A DNA stretch of 63,241 nucleotides, counting the filler. It is 7 parts of 7 records of this genome, joined end to end, with 100 filler letters (N's around TTAATTAATTAA, not from the genome) between each part and the next. Parts side by side here need not be neighbours in the genome. Positions count along the whole stretch, not along the records: positions 15,208 to 26,434 come from SRR20825010_6889; positions 26,535 to 34,692 come from SRR20825010_6896; 5 more parts are not named here. One strand, given 5' to 3'. The translations under genes were made by a program, and so were the position numbers. Position 1 is the stretch's first letter, and each line of letters starts with the position of its first letter. The notes under the pieces were generated by a model, which was not told the DNA's origin, made no database searches, and was given only the letters and a program-made list of their open reading frames with translations. Below, in pieces: positions 19,829 through 30,423 of the stretch.

Positions 19829-20785
19829 ATGAAAGTATTAGCAAACGACGGAATTTCAAACAGCGGAATAGAAAAATTAGCGCAAGCAGGATTTGAAGTA
19901 ATTACAGTGCAAGTGGCACAGGAACAACTTCAAAACTATATAAACGAGCATAAAATTGAAGTACTTTTGGTTCGAAGTGCAACTAAAGTCCGTAAAGATA
20001 TTATTGACAATTGTGCGTCACTAAAAATTATTGGTCGCGGTGGTGTTGGTATGGATAATATTGATGTTGATTATGCTCGAGAAAAAGGTTTAGAAGTAAT
20101 AAATACACCTGCAGCTTCGTCTGCTTCAGTAGCCGAATTAGTATTTGCACACCTTTTTGGCGGAGTTCGTTTTCTTCATGACTCCAACAGGAATATGCCT
20201 TTAGAGGGAGATACAAGATTCAAAGAATTAAAGAAAAACTATGGCGGTGGCCGTGAATTACGCGGAAAAACCATTGGTATTATTGGTTTTGGAAGAATCG
20301 GTCGCGAAGTTGCAAAAATTGCTTTAGGTTGTGGAATGAAAGTAGTAGCTAGTGATAGAAATGTTGGTGAAGAATCATTAACACTCGATTTTTACGACGG
20401 ACAACAAGTAACTTTAAAAATACAAAAGGAACCTATTTCAGAATTAATAAAACACAGTGACTTTATTACGCTTCACGTGCCTGCTCAAAATGGGTATGTA
20501 ATTGGGGAAGACGAAATCTCACAAATGAAGAATGGCGTAGGTATTGTGAATGCAGCTAGAGGTGGCGTACTTAATGAAAAAGCACTTTTGAATGGACTAG
20601 AAGATGGTAAAATTTCATTTGCGGCTTTAGATGTTTTTGAAAAAGAACCAACTCCTTCTTTAAAAGTACTTATGAACGATAGAATTTCACTAACACCACA
20701 CATTGGTGCAGCAACAAATGAAGCCCAAGATAGAATTGGCACTGAACTTGCCGAACAAATTATAAGCATTATGGCGAATGCTTAA
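19829..20785 (+). CDS. serA: D-3-phosphoglycerate dehydrogenase (short form)
   Basis: GRGGVGMDN, GFGRIG, NAARGG, TPHIGA motifs; follows serC. Confidence 0.88.
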   Translation: MKVLANDGISNSGIEKLAQAGFEVITVQVAQEQLQNYINEHKIEVLLVRSATKVRKDIIDNCASLKIIGRGGVGMDNIDVDYAREKGLEVINTPAASSASVAELVFAHLFGGVRFLHDSNRNMPLEGDTRFKELKKNYGGGRELRGKTIGIIGFGRIGREVAKIALGCGMKVVASDRNVGEESLTLDFYDGQQVTLKIQKEPISELIKHSDFITLHVPAQNGYVIGEDEISQMKNGVGIVNAARGGVLNEKALLNGLEDGKISFAALDVFEKEPTPSLKVLMNDRISLTPHIGAATNEAQDRIGTELAEQIISIMANA

Positions 20786-20829
20786 TTTTTTTAACTACTT
20801 TGGCAACTTAACCGTAAATTTTTAACAAA

Positions 20830-21465
20830 ATGGCTTCTATATTAGATTTATTAAACAGTGATCTCGGCAAACAATTAATTAGTGGTGCGAGTGCCCAAAC
20901 TGGACAACCAGCAGATAAAACAGCAAATGTTTTGAGCATGGCGTTGCCTGTTATTCTGGGCGCAATGCAACGAAATGCCGCTACACCTCAAGGAGCTAAA
21001 AATTTAAATAACGCTTTGGAAGACACACGTCATGACGGTTCTATCTTAGACCAATTAGGTGGACTTTTAGGTGGTGGCAATGCAGATTCAAGCCTTCTTA
21101 ATGACGGTGCTGGTATTTTAAAACATGTGCTTGGCGGCAATCAACAAAAAGTTGAACAAAATATAAGTAACACTAGCGGTGTTGACGCTGGGTCTGTTGC
21201 ACAAATTATAAAAATGGCCGCTCCAATATTAATGGGAGTTCTAGGAAATCAAAAAAGAAAAGATAACGTAAGCGAAAATGGAATTGGTGATTTGTTGGGC
21301 TCCGTTTTAGGTAAAAACTCAAATCATGACCAATCATTAATAGAAACACTTTTGGATGCTGACGGAGATGGAAGCATAATTGACGATGTCGCTGGAATGG
21401 TTTTAGGAGGTAACAAGAAAAAAGGTGGCATTGCAGGAATGCTAGGTGGGTTATTTGGCAAATAG
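20830..21465 (+). CDS. DUF937-like Gly-rich protein
   Basis: HDGSILD, GILKHVLG, LDADGDGSIIDD motifs. Confidence 0.8.
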   Translation: MASILDLLNSDLGKQLISGASAQTGQPADKTANVLSMALPVILGAMQRNAATPQGAKNLNNALEDTRHDGSILDQLGGLLGGGNADSSLLNDGAGILKHVLGGNQQKVEQNISNTSGVDAGSVAQIIKMAAPILMGVLGNQKRKDNVSENGIGDLLGSVLGKNSNHDQSLIETLLDADGDGSIIDDVAGMVLGGNKKKGGIAGMLGGLFGK

Positions 21466-21484
21466 AATTTATAAAATATAAAAG

Positions 21485-21524
21485 AATAAACCGCCCTTAA
21501 TAAAACAAAGGGCGGTTTATTTTT
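21485..21524 (+). terminator. Intrinsic terminator
   Basis: AATAAACCGCCCTT...AAGGGCGGTTTATTTTT. Confidence 0.82.
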
Positions 21525-21586
21525 AAATGAAAGTTAAATAATGTGCTCTTTCTAATACATTTCTTAACTTTGTTAAAATCCTTTTT

Positions 21587-22009
21587 ATGAAATATTTTCT
21601 ACTAGTACTTTTCGCCTCCTTTGCTTTTTATAGCTGTGGTACCGGAAATACAGCAATTAATAGTAATTCCACTTCTGAAAACATAAAAAATGATACCATT
21701 AGAATTGCTAATGATAGCCTTGAGTATGAAATTATTATTATAGAGCCAGGATTTGAATCTTGGCTAATTTCACAACCACCACGCGGATTTTATGGACAAC
21801 CTAAGCTAGAAGCTAAAAATAATATGTTTGTAACCGAGTATAATTCCCGCGTTTTACAATCCAACCAATACGCTAAAAATTTATATTCTGAACGGATAAA
21901 TTATGACCCAACAGTAGATTATGGTTATGAAGTAAACTATTTACTCTACAATTACTTTGTTTACTTTCAGGAGAAATACGATCAAAAATTTATTGGCGGA
22001 AGAAAGTGA
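21587..22009 (+). CDS. Conserved Flavobacteriaceae lipoprotein (DUF6146-like)
   Basis: Lipobox FYSC, EYEIIIIEPGF, DYGYEVNY motifs; upstream TAACTTTG at 21565. Confidence 0.75.
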   Translation: MKYFLLVLFASFAFYSCGTGNTAINSNSTSENIKNDTIRIANDSLEYEIIIIEPGFESWLISQPPRGFYGQPKLEAKNNMFVTEYNSRVLQSNQYAKNLYSERINYDPTVDYGYEVNYLLYNYFVYFQEKYDQKFIGGRK

Positions 22010-22308
22010 AAAAACTAAAAAAACGTTGGAATATTGAAACCAACGGCCAACTTTTTATAATCTTATTAGTATTTGCTATTACCGGAAGTTCTGCAGCAAA
22101 ACTAGCAGTACCACTTACTGACTTTTTTGAAATTACAAAAGAGATGGGTTGGTATATTTATTGGCCTTTTAGAATTTTAATTATCCTCCCTATATATAAG
22201 TTGCTTTTGGTCTTTTTTGGCTGGGTGTTTGGTGAGTTTGAATTTTTCTGGAATTTTGAAAAAAAAATGCTCCGAGGAATGGGGCTAGGGTTTTTGTTTA
22301 GAAAATAA
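22006..22308 (+). CDS. Small membrane protein (DUF6787-like)
   Basis: VFAITGS and FFWNFEKKML motifs; GTGA overlap with the upstream gene. Confidence 0.72.
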   Translation: MKKLKKRWNIETNGQLFIILLVFAITGSSAAKLAVPLTDFFEITKEMGWYIYWPFRILIILPIYKLLLVFFGWVFGEFEFFWNFEKKMLRGMGLGFLFRK

Positions 22309-22387
22309 TAACGGATTTTAAAACACCAACTAATGGTTATTCACTTTTAAGCACTGGCATAGAAAGCACTTTTAAAATTGGAAACCT

Positions 22388-22419
22388 AATAAAAAAGCCC
22401 CGATTGGAGCTTTTTTATT
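22388..22419. terminator. Terminator between convergent genes
   Basis: AATAAAAAAGC...GCTTTTTTATT. Confidence 0.65.
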
Positions 22420-22720
22420 ATTCATTAACTCTAATTTCAATAGTTTGTGGTGTTGGTTGTTTTTTCCATACAAATGTATAGAGCCACATTAAAGTAAATG
22501 TTGGAATTACATCTGTAAATGGCAAAATCTCTTCCATAAATACAAGAACTGAAGCTATTTTTCCTTCAGTGCCTTTATACATATCGCTCATTTTTTTAGC
22601 AGCATAAGGAGCCCAAAGCATATCTAAAAATGGACCAACAACAGGTATTGCCATTGTTGCCATACCAACCACATCGTATATTATTCCTTGACGTAATAAT
22701 TTATATTTTTCGTTTTTCAT
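22418..22720 (-). CDS. Conserved hypothetical membrane protein
   Basis: DMLWAP and EEILPFTDVIPTFTLMW motifs. Confidence 0.7.
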   Translation of the reverse strand: MKNEKYKLLRQGIIYDVVGMATMAIPVVGPFLDMLWAPYAAKKMSDMYKGTEGKIASVLVFMEEILPFTDVIPTFTLMWLYTFVWKKQPTPQTIEIRVNE

Positions 22721-22762
22721 TTCTTATCTTTTTAATTATAAACGCAAAAAACATTCCAAAAA

Positions 22763-23362
22763 TTATGATAAGTCGCTGCTAATCAATTTAAGAAATTCAT
22801 TTCTAGTCTCGATTGCTTCAAATTGACCACGAAAACCAGAGGTTGTTGTTACACTATTTTGTTTTTGCACACCGCGCATCATCATACACATATGCGAAGC
22901 TTCAATAACCACGGCTACTCCTTTGGGTTTTAATGTGGTATTTAAACATTCTAAAATATCGTGTGTTAAACGTTCCTGTACTTGCAATCTTCGGGCAAAA
23001 ACATCCACAACTCGCGGAATTTTACTCAACCCAACAATATAACCATCAGGAATGTATGCTATGTGCGCTTTTCCGAAGAAAGGCAAAATATGGTGTTCGC
23101 AAAGTGAATAAAGTTCAATGTCTTTAATAATAACCATATCGTTATACGATTCTGCAAACATTGCACTTTTTAAAATTTCAGCAGGGTCTTGACTATGTCC
23201 AGATGTTAAAAATTGCATTGCTTTTGCAGCACGTTCAGGGGTTTTAACGATTCCTTCGCGGGAAACATCCTCTCCTATTGAGCTTAAAATCTTACTGTAA
23301 TTAGCTATTAAATTGTCTGTTACAGGCTGATCGTATTCTTCAAAGTATCTAAATGACGCCAT
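22763..23362 (-). CDS. folE: GTP cyclohydrolase I
   Basis: [32 protein letters not shown] motifs. Confidence 0.97.
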   Translation of the reverse strand: MASFRYFEEYDQPVTDNLIANYSKILSSIGEDVSREGIVKTPERAAKAMQFLTSGHSQDPAEILKSAMFAESYNDMVIIKDIELYSLCEHHILPFFGKAHIAYIPDGYIVGLSKIPRVVDVFARRLQVQERLTHDILECLNTTLKPKGVAVVIEASHMCMMMRGVQKQNSVTTTSGFRGQFEAIETRNEFLKLISSDLS

Positions 23363-23484
23363 TATATTTCTATTTATTAATCTTAAACTTCAAAAATAAA
23401 CACATAACTATGAATTAAACAATATAACCAATTGGATTGTATTATAGCACTATAAATAGTATTTTCACGTTTTAAAATTTCGCT

Positions 23485-24144
23485 ATGATCGAGGCACAAA
23501 ACATCCACAAATATTATGACAATCTACATGTTTTAAAAGGGGTTGATCTTCATATAAAAAAAAGTGAAATTGTTTCAATTGTTGGAGCTTCAGGTGCTGG
23601 AAAAACTACATTACTTCAAATATTAGGAACTTTAGATTCTTTACATGATTCTAAAAGTAAATTACAGATAAATGGAGTGGATGTTGGTTCTCTTTCAGGA
23701 AAAAAATTGGCTAAGTTTCGAAATGAAAATTTAGGATTTATTTTTCAGTTTCATCAATTATTACCAGAGTTTACTGCAATTGAAAATGTTTGTATTCCTG
23801 CTTTCATAAAAAACACACCAAAAGCTGAAGCATTAAAAAGAGCAAAAGAGCTCCTTGCTTTTTTAGGTCTTTCTAGCCGTGAAAACCACAAACCAAACGA
23901 ACTTTCTGGTGGAGAACAACAACGCGTGGCTGTTGCTAGAGCATTAATAAACAATCCTGCAATAATTCTAGCAGATGAACCAAGCGGAAACTTAGATACT
24001 GAAAGTGCTGAAAATCTCCATAATCTGTTTTTTAAATTACGAAATGAGTTTGGACAAACTTTTGTCATTGTAACTCACAACGAAGACCTTGCAAATATGG
24101 CGGATCGGAAACTTGTGATGCAGGATGGAAAAATTGTGAAATAA
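23485..24144 (+). CDS. LolD-like ABC transporter ATP-binding protein
   Basis: [29 protein letters not shown] motifs. Confidence 0.93.
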   Translation: MIEAQNIHKYYDNLHVLKGVDLHIKKSEIVSIVGASGAGKTTLLQILGTLDSLHDSKSKLQINGVDVGSLSGKKLAKFRNENLGFIFQFHQLLPEFTAIENVCIPAFIKNTPKAEALKRAKELLAFLGLSSRENHKPNELSGGEQQRVAVARALINNPAIILADEPSGNLDTESAENLHNLFFKLRNEFGQTFVIVTHNEDLANMADRKLVMQDGKIVK

Positions 24145-24147
24145 CAC

Positions 24148-24912
24148 ATGAAACAGCGTGAGTTAAAAGAATTCCTCGATGAAAAGGTTATACTTTATAA
24201 TAACCCAAATTTCATTGAGTCAGATCCTATTCAAGTTCCACATAAATTTTCATTAAAAGAAGATATTGAAATTGCTGGTTTTCTAGTAGCTACTATTGCT
24301 TGGGGAAACAGAAAAAGCATTATAAAAAACGGGCATCGATTAATGGACATCATGGACAATTCACCATTTGAGTATGTGATGAATTTTTCAGAAAATAATG
24401 CCTCTGAATTGTTAGGTTTTGTACATCGTACTTTTAATAGTGATGATTTATTTTATTTTATAAAATCGCTTCAAAACATATATAGAAATCACGGTGGCTT
24501 GGAAGCTGTTTTTGCTAAACATGTACAAAAAAACACGATACAACCCGCAATTCATCAATTTAAGAAGACTTTTTTTGAACTTCCCCATCTTCCTAGAACT
24601 CAAAAACACATTAGCGATCCGCTTAAAAATTCTGCAGCAAAAAGAATCAATATGTTTTTACGCTGGATGGTGCGAAACGATAATACAGGAGTCGATTTTG
24701 GAATTTGGAATAGTATTTCGCCTTCGCAACTTTCTTGCCCTTTAGATGTTCACAGTGGCAATGTAGCTCGAAAACTAAAATTACTTACCAGAAAACAAAA
24801 TGACGCTAAAGCTTTAACCGAATTAGATGCATCATTACGGAAATTTGACCCTAAAGATCCTGTTAAGTATGATTTTGCTCTCTTTGGATTAGGTATCTTT
24901 GAAAATTTTTGA
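24148..24912 (+). CDS. TIGR02757-like conserved protein
   Basis: SAAKRINMFLRWMVR, PLDVH, DPVKYDFALF motifs. Confidence 0.87.
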   Translation: MKQRELKEFLDEKVILYNNPNFIESDPIQVPHKFSLKEDIEIAGFLVATIAWGNRKSIIKNGHRLMDIMDNSPFEYVMNFSENNASELLGFVHRTFNSDDLFYFIKSLQNIYRNHGGLEAVFAKHVQKNTIQPAIHQFKKTFFELPHLPRTQKHISDPLKNSAAKRINMFLRWMVRNDNTGVDFGIWNSISPSQLSCPLDVHSGNVARKLKLLTRKQNDAKALTELDASLRKFDPKDPVKYDFALFGLGIFENF

Positions 24913-25017
24913 ATAAAATTTTAACATAGCACATATCTATTTCTTGTTAACATTAACTGGAAATTGTTGTACATTTACTCTTAATTGTTAGACAAAAAGT
25001 ATAAATAAATCGATAAT

Positions 25018-26220
25018 TTGATTAAACCAGCCCTCCCAATTGATGAAGAACAGCGTTTAGCAGCTGTGTATTCGTACAATTTACTGGATACTTTGCCTGA
25101 AAAGGATTTTGACAACATCACGCAATTAACTGCAAGTATCTGTGATGTGCCAATATCTTTGGTGACCTTGTTGGATGCCGATCGCAACTTTTTAAAATCA
25201 CATTATGGCGTGAATTTTAGTGAAAGCCCACGCGATATTTCTTTTTGCGGACATGCTATTTTAGATGAAAGCAATATCTTTATTATTGAAGACGCCAGAA
25301 AGGATCCTCGATTTAAAGACAACCCTTTTGTTAAAGATATGCAAGCAGTATTTTATGCTGGTGTGCGTTTGGTGAATACCGATGGGTATCCTCTTGGTAC
25401 ACTTTGTATATTCGACACAAAACCGCGAACACTTTCTTCAGCTCAGAAAAAAGCATTAACAGCTTTGGCATATCAAGTTATTAACCTTTTTGAATCTAAA
25501 AAACGTAACAGAATTTTATTGGCTGTTCAACAGGAATTAAAGGAACGCAACGAGGAGCTTAAAAATTTCGCAGGTATTGTTTCCCACGATATGAAAATGC
25601 CTTTGGCAAATATGATAATTACTTCAGATATGCTTCGCTCAAAATATGGGCGCTTTTTAGATAAGGAAGGAAATGAATATTTAGATTATATAAAACAATC
25701 TTCATTTACTTTAAGTGAATATATTACTGGGCTTTTAGAGCATTATGAAAGTGATAATACCGCCTCACAAACGGTTGAAGTTTTTGATAGCCATGACCTT
25801 CTTGAAGATATTATTGAATTAATGAACATCAATATTGATTGCGAAATAAACCTTCCTGATCAAAACCTAGAAATGCACGCCAACAAAGCGGCTTTAGAAC
25901 AGATTTTCCTAAATTTAGTTGGCAACAGTTTAAAATATAACGACAAGGAAAAGATTAAAATTGATATAGATTGTAGCGAAAAAAAAGGTTTTTATCATTT
26001 TAAAATCTCTGATAATGGTATGGGCATTCCAAAGGATAAAATGGAACATGTTTTCAACCTTTTTACAACTTCAGGAACATTAGACCGAAATGGGAAAAAA
26101 GGAAATGGAATCGGTCTATCAACTGTAAAGAAACTAATTAACAAACTCGACGGGGAAGTTGAAGTTACATCTGAAGTAGGTAAAGGAACAACGTTTCAGT
26201 TTTATGTAAAAAAGGGATAA
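25018..26220 (+). CDS. GAF-domain sensor histidine kinase
   Basis: GAF domain (SFCGHAI, FYAG), SHDMKMPL H-box, DNGMG and GIGL motifs; TTG start. Confidence 0.9.
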   Translation: MIKPALPIDEEQRLAAVYSYNLLDTLPEKDFDNITQLTASICDVPISLVTLLDADRNFLKSHYGVNFSESPRDISFCGHAILDESNIFIIEDARKDPRFKDNPFVKDMQAVFYAGVRLVNTDGYPLGTLCIFDTKPRTLSSAQKKALTALAYQVINLFESKKRNRILLAVQQELKERNEELKNFAGIVSHDMKMPLANMIITSDMLRSKYGRFLDKEGNEYLDYIKQSSFTLSEYITGLLEHYESDNTASQTVEVFDSHDLLEDIIELMNINIDCEINLPDQNLEMHANKAALEQIFLNLVGNSLKYNDKEKIKIDIDCSEKKGFYHFKISDNGMGIPKDKMEHVFNLFTTSGTLDRNGKKGNGIGLSTVKKLINKLDGEVEVTSEVGKGTTFQFYVKKG

Positions 26221-26408
26221 ACAATATTTTTTATTGTACAGTTAGCTTTTTTATTAAAAAATGAGCTGAAAATTGTTTCCCTTGGCTTTAAAGTTGGCGG
26301 TTACTTTTTTTTAACCACAAATTCCAAAAAAAAATTACATTTACGTTTACTGCCAAGAAATAGCTATTATTACATTCCATTTTTTATCTTTGAAAAATAT
26401 TTATAGGA

Positions 26409-26434
26409 ATGCAGTTTAAACATCCAGAAATTCT
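26409..26434 (+). CDS. Probable BatA/vWA-domain protein N-terminus (truncated)
   Basis: MQFKHPEI resembles the Bacteroidota BatA-type N-terminal motif; only 8 codons are visible. Confidence 0.45.
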
Positions 26435-26534
26435 NNNNNNNNNNNNNNNNNNNNNNNNNNNNNNNNNNNNNNNNNNNNTTAATTAATTAANNNNNNNNNN
26501 NNNNNNNNNNNNNNNNNNNNNNNNNNNNNNNNNN
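26435..26534. other. Artificial contig linker
   Basis: N44-TTAATTAATTAA-N44. Confidence 0.98.
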
Positions 26535-26604
26535 CGAAATCTTCGTTTTTGGAACAAGAGAAAACTAGGGGGATTATAATCAAAATGTATTTAATTGTTT
26601 TCAT
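26535..26604 (-). CDS. Surface lipoprotein N-terminus (truncated; not in the ORF track)
   Basis: Reverse strand reads MKTIKYILIIIPLVFSC-SKNEDF: a lipobox followed by a Bacteroidota K-(D/E) export-signal-like motif. Confidence 0.7.
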
Positions 26605-26832
26605 AATAGTTTGTTTATTGATTTTTTTGTGGACAGAAATCTCATTCGACTTGCTTATTAAGCAATATCTCTTCTGCCGTTCTTATGGAATTTGCTGTTC
26701 CCTAGTGCCAGTTCAGAAACTTGTCTCTAAATGTCTCGTTTAATCTATAGACCAAGTCCAAAGTCACTAGTCCAATACTTTGCTTGATTTAACTGTTTAC
26801 CAGTTTATTCACAAGGATTGTCAAAATAATTT

Positions 26833-27846
26833 CTACCGTTCAAGATGAACGAAACCATTCTTTTCAATACTATCTCCAAACTTGGATTCCGCCATCACTT
26901 TAATGAAATAGACACCTTCACTCAATGGTTTTCCTAATTTGTCCACGCCAGACCAACCTGATAGCAAGCCGTCGAACTCATAAATGAAATTTCCCCATCG
27001 ATTGAATACCTGAACAGTCATTGTCTTTATATTTTTATTGGATATTCTGAGCAAATCATTTATACCATCCAAATTTGGAGTAAATACGTTTGGAATGCTC
27101 ACTAAAACACTTAGTAAAGAATCTTTATTACAAAGATTAACTTCTATACTATCGACAAAATAGTATAGGGCATTCTCATGATCTGGTGCATTCGTCGTGT
27201 AATTGAAGTCTCCCAAAAAGGATAACGTAAAATGCCGTTCTCCACCACTAGCAATATAGTAACCTTCTACTCTCTTCCATCCGTCAATCTCTTCCTCAAT
27301 ATCGTTCTCTACTGTAGGGTCTGGATAACTACTAGAATAATTCATGTTTTCAATCTCATACATCTCCATTGTATCAGAACTAAAAAGACAATCAATCATT
27401 TCAGTGTTGTAGACATATCCACCCTGTTGAGAATTTTTGATCCAGTAAGAATAACAATATGCGGAATCCGCTATAAGTTCGCTAGTAAGCTTGACACCAA
27501 CTCCTTCGCGGAACTGAATACTCGGCAACATTGCAATACCTACCATTCCATCAAAATTTAATGGGAATGAGTAACCTGAATAAACGTTGGGGGGGGAATA
27601 TATAGGATTGCTGAAGCAGGTATTAAAAAAGTCTGGAGTTTCAAAAACATACCAATCCTCAATTGATTGTATTCCTTCTGAGCCATTGCTAACACTACAA
27701 GTACTTATCCCTTCAAAGCTGCCATTTGGAACTAGATTTTGTCCGAATGTTGGCAGATTAGAATGAATCACACCAATAATAATAATGACTCTGATAAGCG
27801 TGGAAAGCATAACTACAAAATACGAAAATAAATTTCGATGCGACAA
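26833..27846 (-). CDS. Secreted protein with T9SS type B (gliding-motility-associated) C-terminal domain
   Basis: Signal peptide, QNLVPNGSFE start; C-terminal IPNVFTPNLDGIND...VFNRWG...GVYF...GFVHLER. Confidence 0.87.
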   Translation of the reverse strand: MSHRNLFSYFVVMLSTLIRVIIIIGVIHSNLPTFGQNLVPNGSFEGISTCSVSNGSEGIQSIEDWYVFETPDFFNTCFSNPIYSPPNVYSGYSFPLNFDGMVGIAMLPSIQFREGVGVKLTSELIADSAYCYSYWIKNSQQGGYVYNTEMIDCLFSSDTMEMYEIENMNYSSSYPDPTVENDIEEEIDGWKRVEGYYIASGGERHFTLSFLGDFNYTTNAPDHENALYYFVDSIEVNLCNKDSLLSVLVSIPNVFTPNLDGINDLLRISNKNIKTMTVQVFNRWGNFIYEFDGLLSGWSGVDKLGKPLSEGVYFIKVMAESKFGDSIEKNGFVHLER

Positions 27847-27876
27847 GTCAATTATCGCATCGAAATTAGAAATGAT

Positions 27877-30423
27877 TTATATTTTAACTAATCTAAAGAA
27901 TCGAGAAGTACCATTATCAAAAATAACTTCTACGCTGTATATTCCAGACACGATCTCACCAACGTCAATGGATTGATTATTTGAGATTGATTCTCTCCAA
28001 ATTACTAACTTACCTCTATTGTCAAAAATTCGAAGAGTTTCAATTTTTTCATATTCTCCGATAATCGCAAATTTGTTCCCTGTCGGATTTGGATAAAGCT
28101 TGAATTCTAAGGCATTAACGTTAGTTTCCGCATCTTTAGAGTCTGACACTTCTCCACCTGTCATATTAAGATTTCTTACATCTGTTGAAATCGATTTGGC
28201 AGGATCTGGAGTCCAAGGGTTATTACTGTCTGTGCAGTCTAAAACGATGAGTGCGGATAACTCTTCATGATGAGGATACATAATGACATTTGGACTTTGG
28301 TCTTGAGCCGAAACACAATTTTCCGCTTTAAGAATATAATTAAAAATATCAGACCCTGATCCACCTGTACATGGCAAATTTGGATCATTGTACCAGTGAC
28401 CAGTCCAATACAGTTCACCGTTGTCAAATGACCAATCATCAATTCCTTCAAGGTTCTTATCAACCTCATACAAAGTCTCTCCTGCTCCGCCTGAACTCCA
28501 TGTTCGAAAGTACAAATGCGTTGCGCCATACCACGGTGGAGTAGTATTTTTTGTGTCAATAATATGAAAAGGAGTCGTATAATCAATGCCAGGTTGTCCA
28601 TCATAATAGTACCCATCGTCCCATAAGGAGTTTGAAGGGTAATCAATATACCATACATTATCCTTAATGTCTTCATAGAACCGTTTAGTACCCCAAACCA
28701 GACCTCCACAAATAAATTCTTGTCCCACACCATCAGTTACGGTTACATAATAGGTAAGTTGAACACCATCATAAGTTGAAATAATATCATGTACATCAAC
28801 GTACGGTACAGTTGTACTAATATATTGCCCATCTAAAGTCCATACATAGGAAAATGGACCCTGACCACTCAATATATTGACTTTAAGTTTCTCTTCGAAA
28901 CAATTGAAAACTCTTGAACATTCTGCTTGCAGTGGTGTTGGTGTACATTCAATTGAACAATTCTGAGGTGCTATTTCTAAAGTTACGTTCCCTGTAATAG
29001 TTACGCAACCTGACCCACCTCCTTGACATGACGGCAAATTTATCTGTGACCCCGCCGTTAAATCAATGTTATTATTTATGTCCACATGACCTGTATTATT
29101 CAAGATGTATGGAGGAGCATAATTTGGCATAAAATCGCCAATCCATATTTCATTTTCTGCCTTAGCTGAAACGGGCATTGCTATTGAGTTTGAGTTGTTC
29201 CTATTGGTATAAAAGAGGTTATACGGGCAATACTCAATAGCAGGTTTAGAGAATGAATACGATGCTATTCCACCTGCTCCAACTTCCTGAGTAATACAAT
29301 CGTTACCATCTATCTTGGCAATAATCTTAATGTTCTCAGTCAAACTTTGACATTGTGTTTCAAGAGGGAAATTTGCGCAAACTTCAATTGTAGCCGTACC
29401 ATTTGCATTATAGAAAATATTTGTGACACTAGCATAACTTCCTAGATCAACAATAACTTCTGAAATTGATTCATTTTGATTTACTGGAGATACAGTAATT
29501 GCAGAACAGTAGTCCTGATCAGTATAGTCAACGACAATATTTGTACTATTTGTTCCTGACCAATTGGAAAAACTGACAGGAGATACTTGACAACTATTCG
29601 AGACAAATACAATTCCATCAAGACGGATTGAGCCGACCAATAATCCACTAGGGTTAAACTCGCGAACCTCCAAAGCAAAGTAACTTTCACCGTTTAGAAC
29701 TGGGTTAAAAGAAAATCCGCCATTCTGGTCAATCGCGAAATCTGTTGTTGACGGAAAGGGACGGGTTGGTGATGCACCTCCAAGAAACGTAAGTGGTCCA
29801 AAGTTCGAACAATTGCCATTCAAAGGACTAACCAAAGTGTAAGTTAAAATACTGCCATCTGGATTAGTGAAGCTATGAAGTGAGCCGCCGAGAGAATTAG
29901 CACAGCCTATTGCGAATGGACTTCCATTCACTTTAACAGAGGAGTTGCAAGTAGAAGTCTCATTGTTAATGGTACAAAAATTATAGTAATTCGTGCCAAA
30001 ACTATTCTGCGTGGCATAATTTACTAAATTCCTAGCGTCAATTGAAACTGAAACCTTCCATTCTGAGCAGGGTGTTGTTAGATAGACATTTGCACTATAC
30101 TTAATGAGCTGATAACTTGGCGCATTTGATTGTGTTGTGCCAGATATACAAGCGTTGCCACAACCGAAATCAACTTCCTCTACACTTTGCAATGTGGCAG
30201 TAACAGATGAATTACATGGGTTTCCGCAGACATTGCCTACTGTGTAAACCAATGACGATGGGGCTACAATCCCTTGACAATCTCTTAGAAAGTAAAAATC
30301 GACCTTATATTCTGTACTGGAAATACAAGTGTACTCAAAGTATCCACCAGAGGCATGGTCACAGATTCCATTGAATGAAATGAGAAAAAACCAAATTAGA
30401 CTAATTGCTTTAAACCTACTCAT
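27877..30423 (-). CDS. Large Cys-rich secreted protein with T9SS type A C-terminal sorting domain
   Basis: Signal peptide, HASGGYFEYTC...LRDC N-domain; C-terminal LYPNP...IFDNRGKLV...GIYSV...RLVKI. Confidence 0.87.
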   Translation of the reverse strand: MSRFKAISLIWFFLISFNGICDHASGGYFEYTCISSTEYKVDFYFLRDCQGIVAPSSLVYTVGNVCGNPCNSSVTATLQSVEEVDFGCGNACISGTTQSNAPSYQLIKYSANVYLTTPCSEWKVSVSIDARNLVNYATQNSFGTNYYNFCTINNETSTCNSSVKVNGSPFAIGCANSLGGSLHSFTNPDGSILTYTLVSPLNGNCSNFGPLTFLGGASPTRPFPSTTDFAIDQNGGFSFNPVLNGESYFALEVREFNPSGLLVGSIRLDGIVFVSNSCQVSPVSFSNWSGTNSTNIVVDYTDQDYCSAITVSPVNQNESISEVIVDLGSYASVTNIFYNANGTATIEVCANFPLETQCQSLTENIKIIAKIDGNDCITQEVGAGGIASYSFSKPAIEYCPYNLFYTNRNNSNSIAMPVSAKAENEIWIGDFMPNYAPPYILNNTGHVDINNNIDLTAGSQINLPSCQGGGSGCVTITGNVTLEIAPQNCSIECTPTPLQAECSRVFNCFEEKLKVNILSGQGPFSYVWTLDGQYISTTVPYVDVHDIISTYDGVQLTYYVTVTDGVGQEFICGGLVWGTKRFYEDIKDNVWYIDYPSNSLWDDGYYYDGQPGIDYTTPFHIIDTKNTTPPWYGATHLYFRTWSSGGAGETLYEVDKNLEGIDDWSFDNGELYWTGHWYNDPNLPCTGGSGSDIFNYILKAENCVSAQDQSPNVIMYPHHEELSALIVLDCTDSNNPWTPDPAKSISTDVRNLNMTGGEVSDSKDAETNVNALEFKLYPNPTGNKFAIIGEYEKIETLRIFDNRGKLVIWRESISNNQSIDVGEIVSGIYSVEVIFDNGTSRFFRLVKI

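Noticed and set aside
26549-26743. 64-aa + strand ORF
   Set aside because: Overlaps a more convincing minus-strand lipoprotein start at 26604
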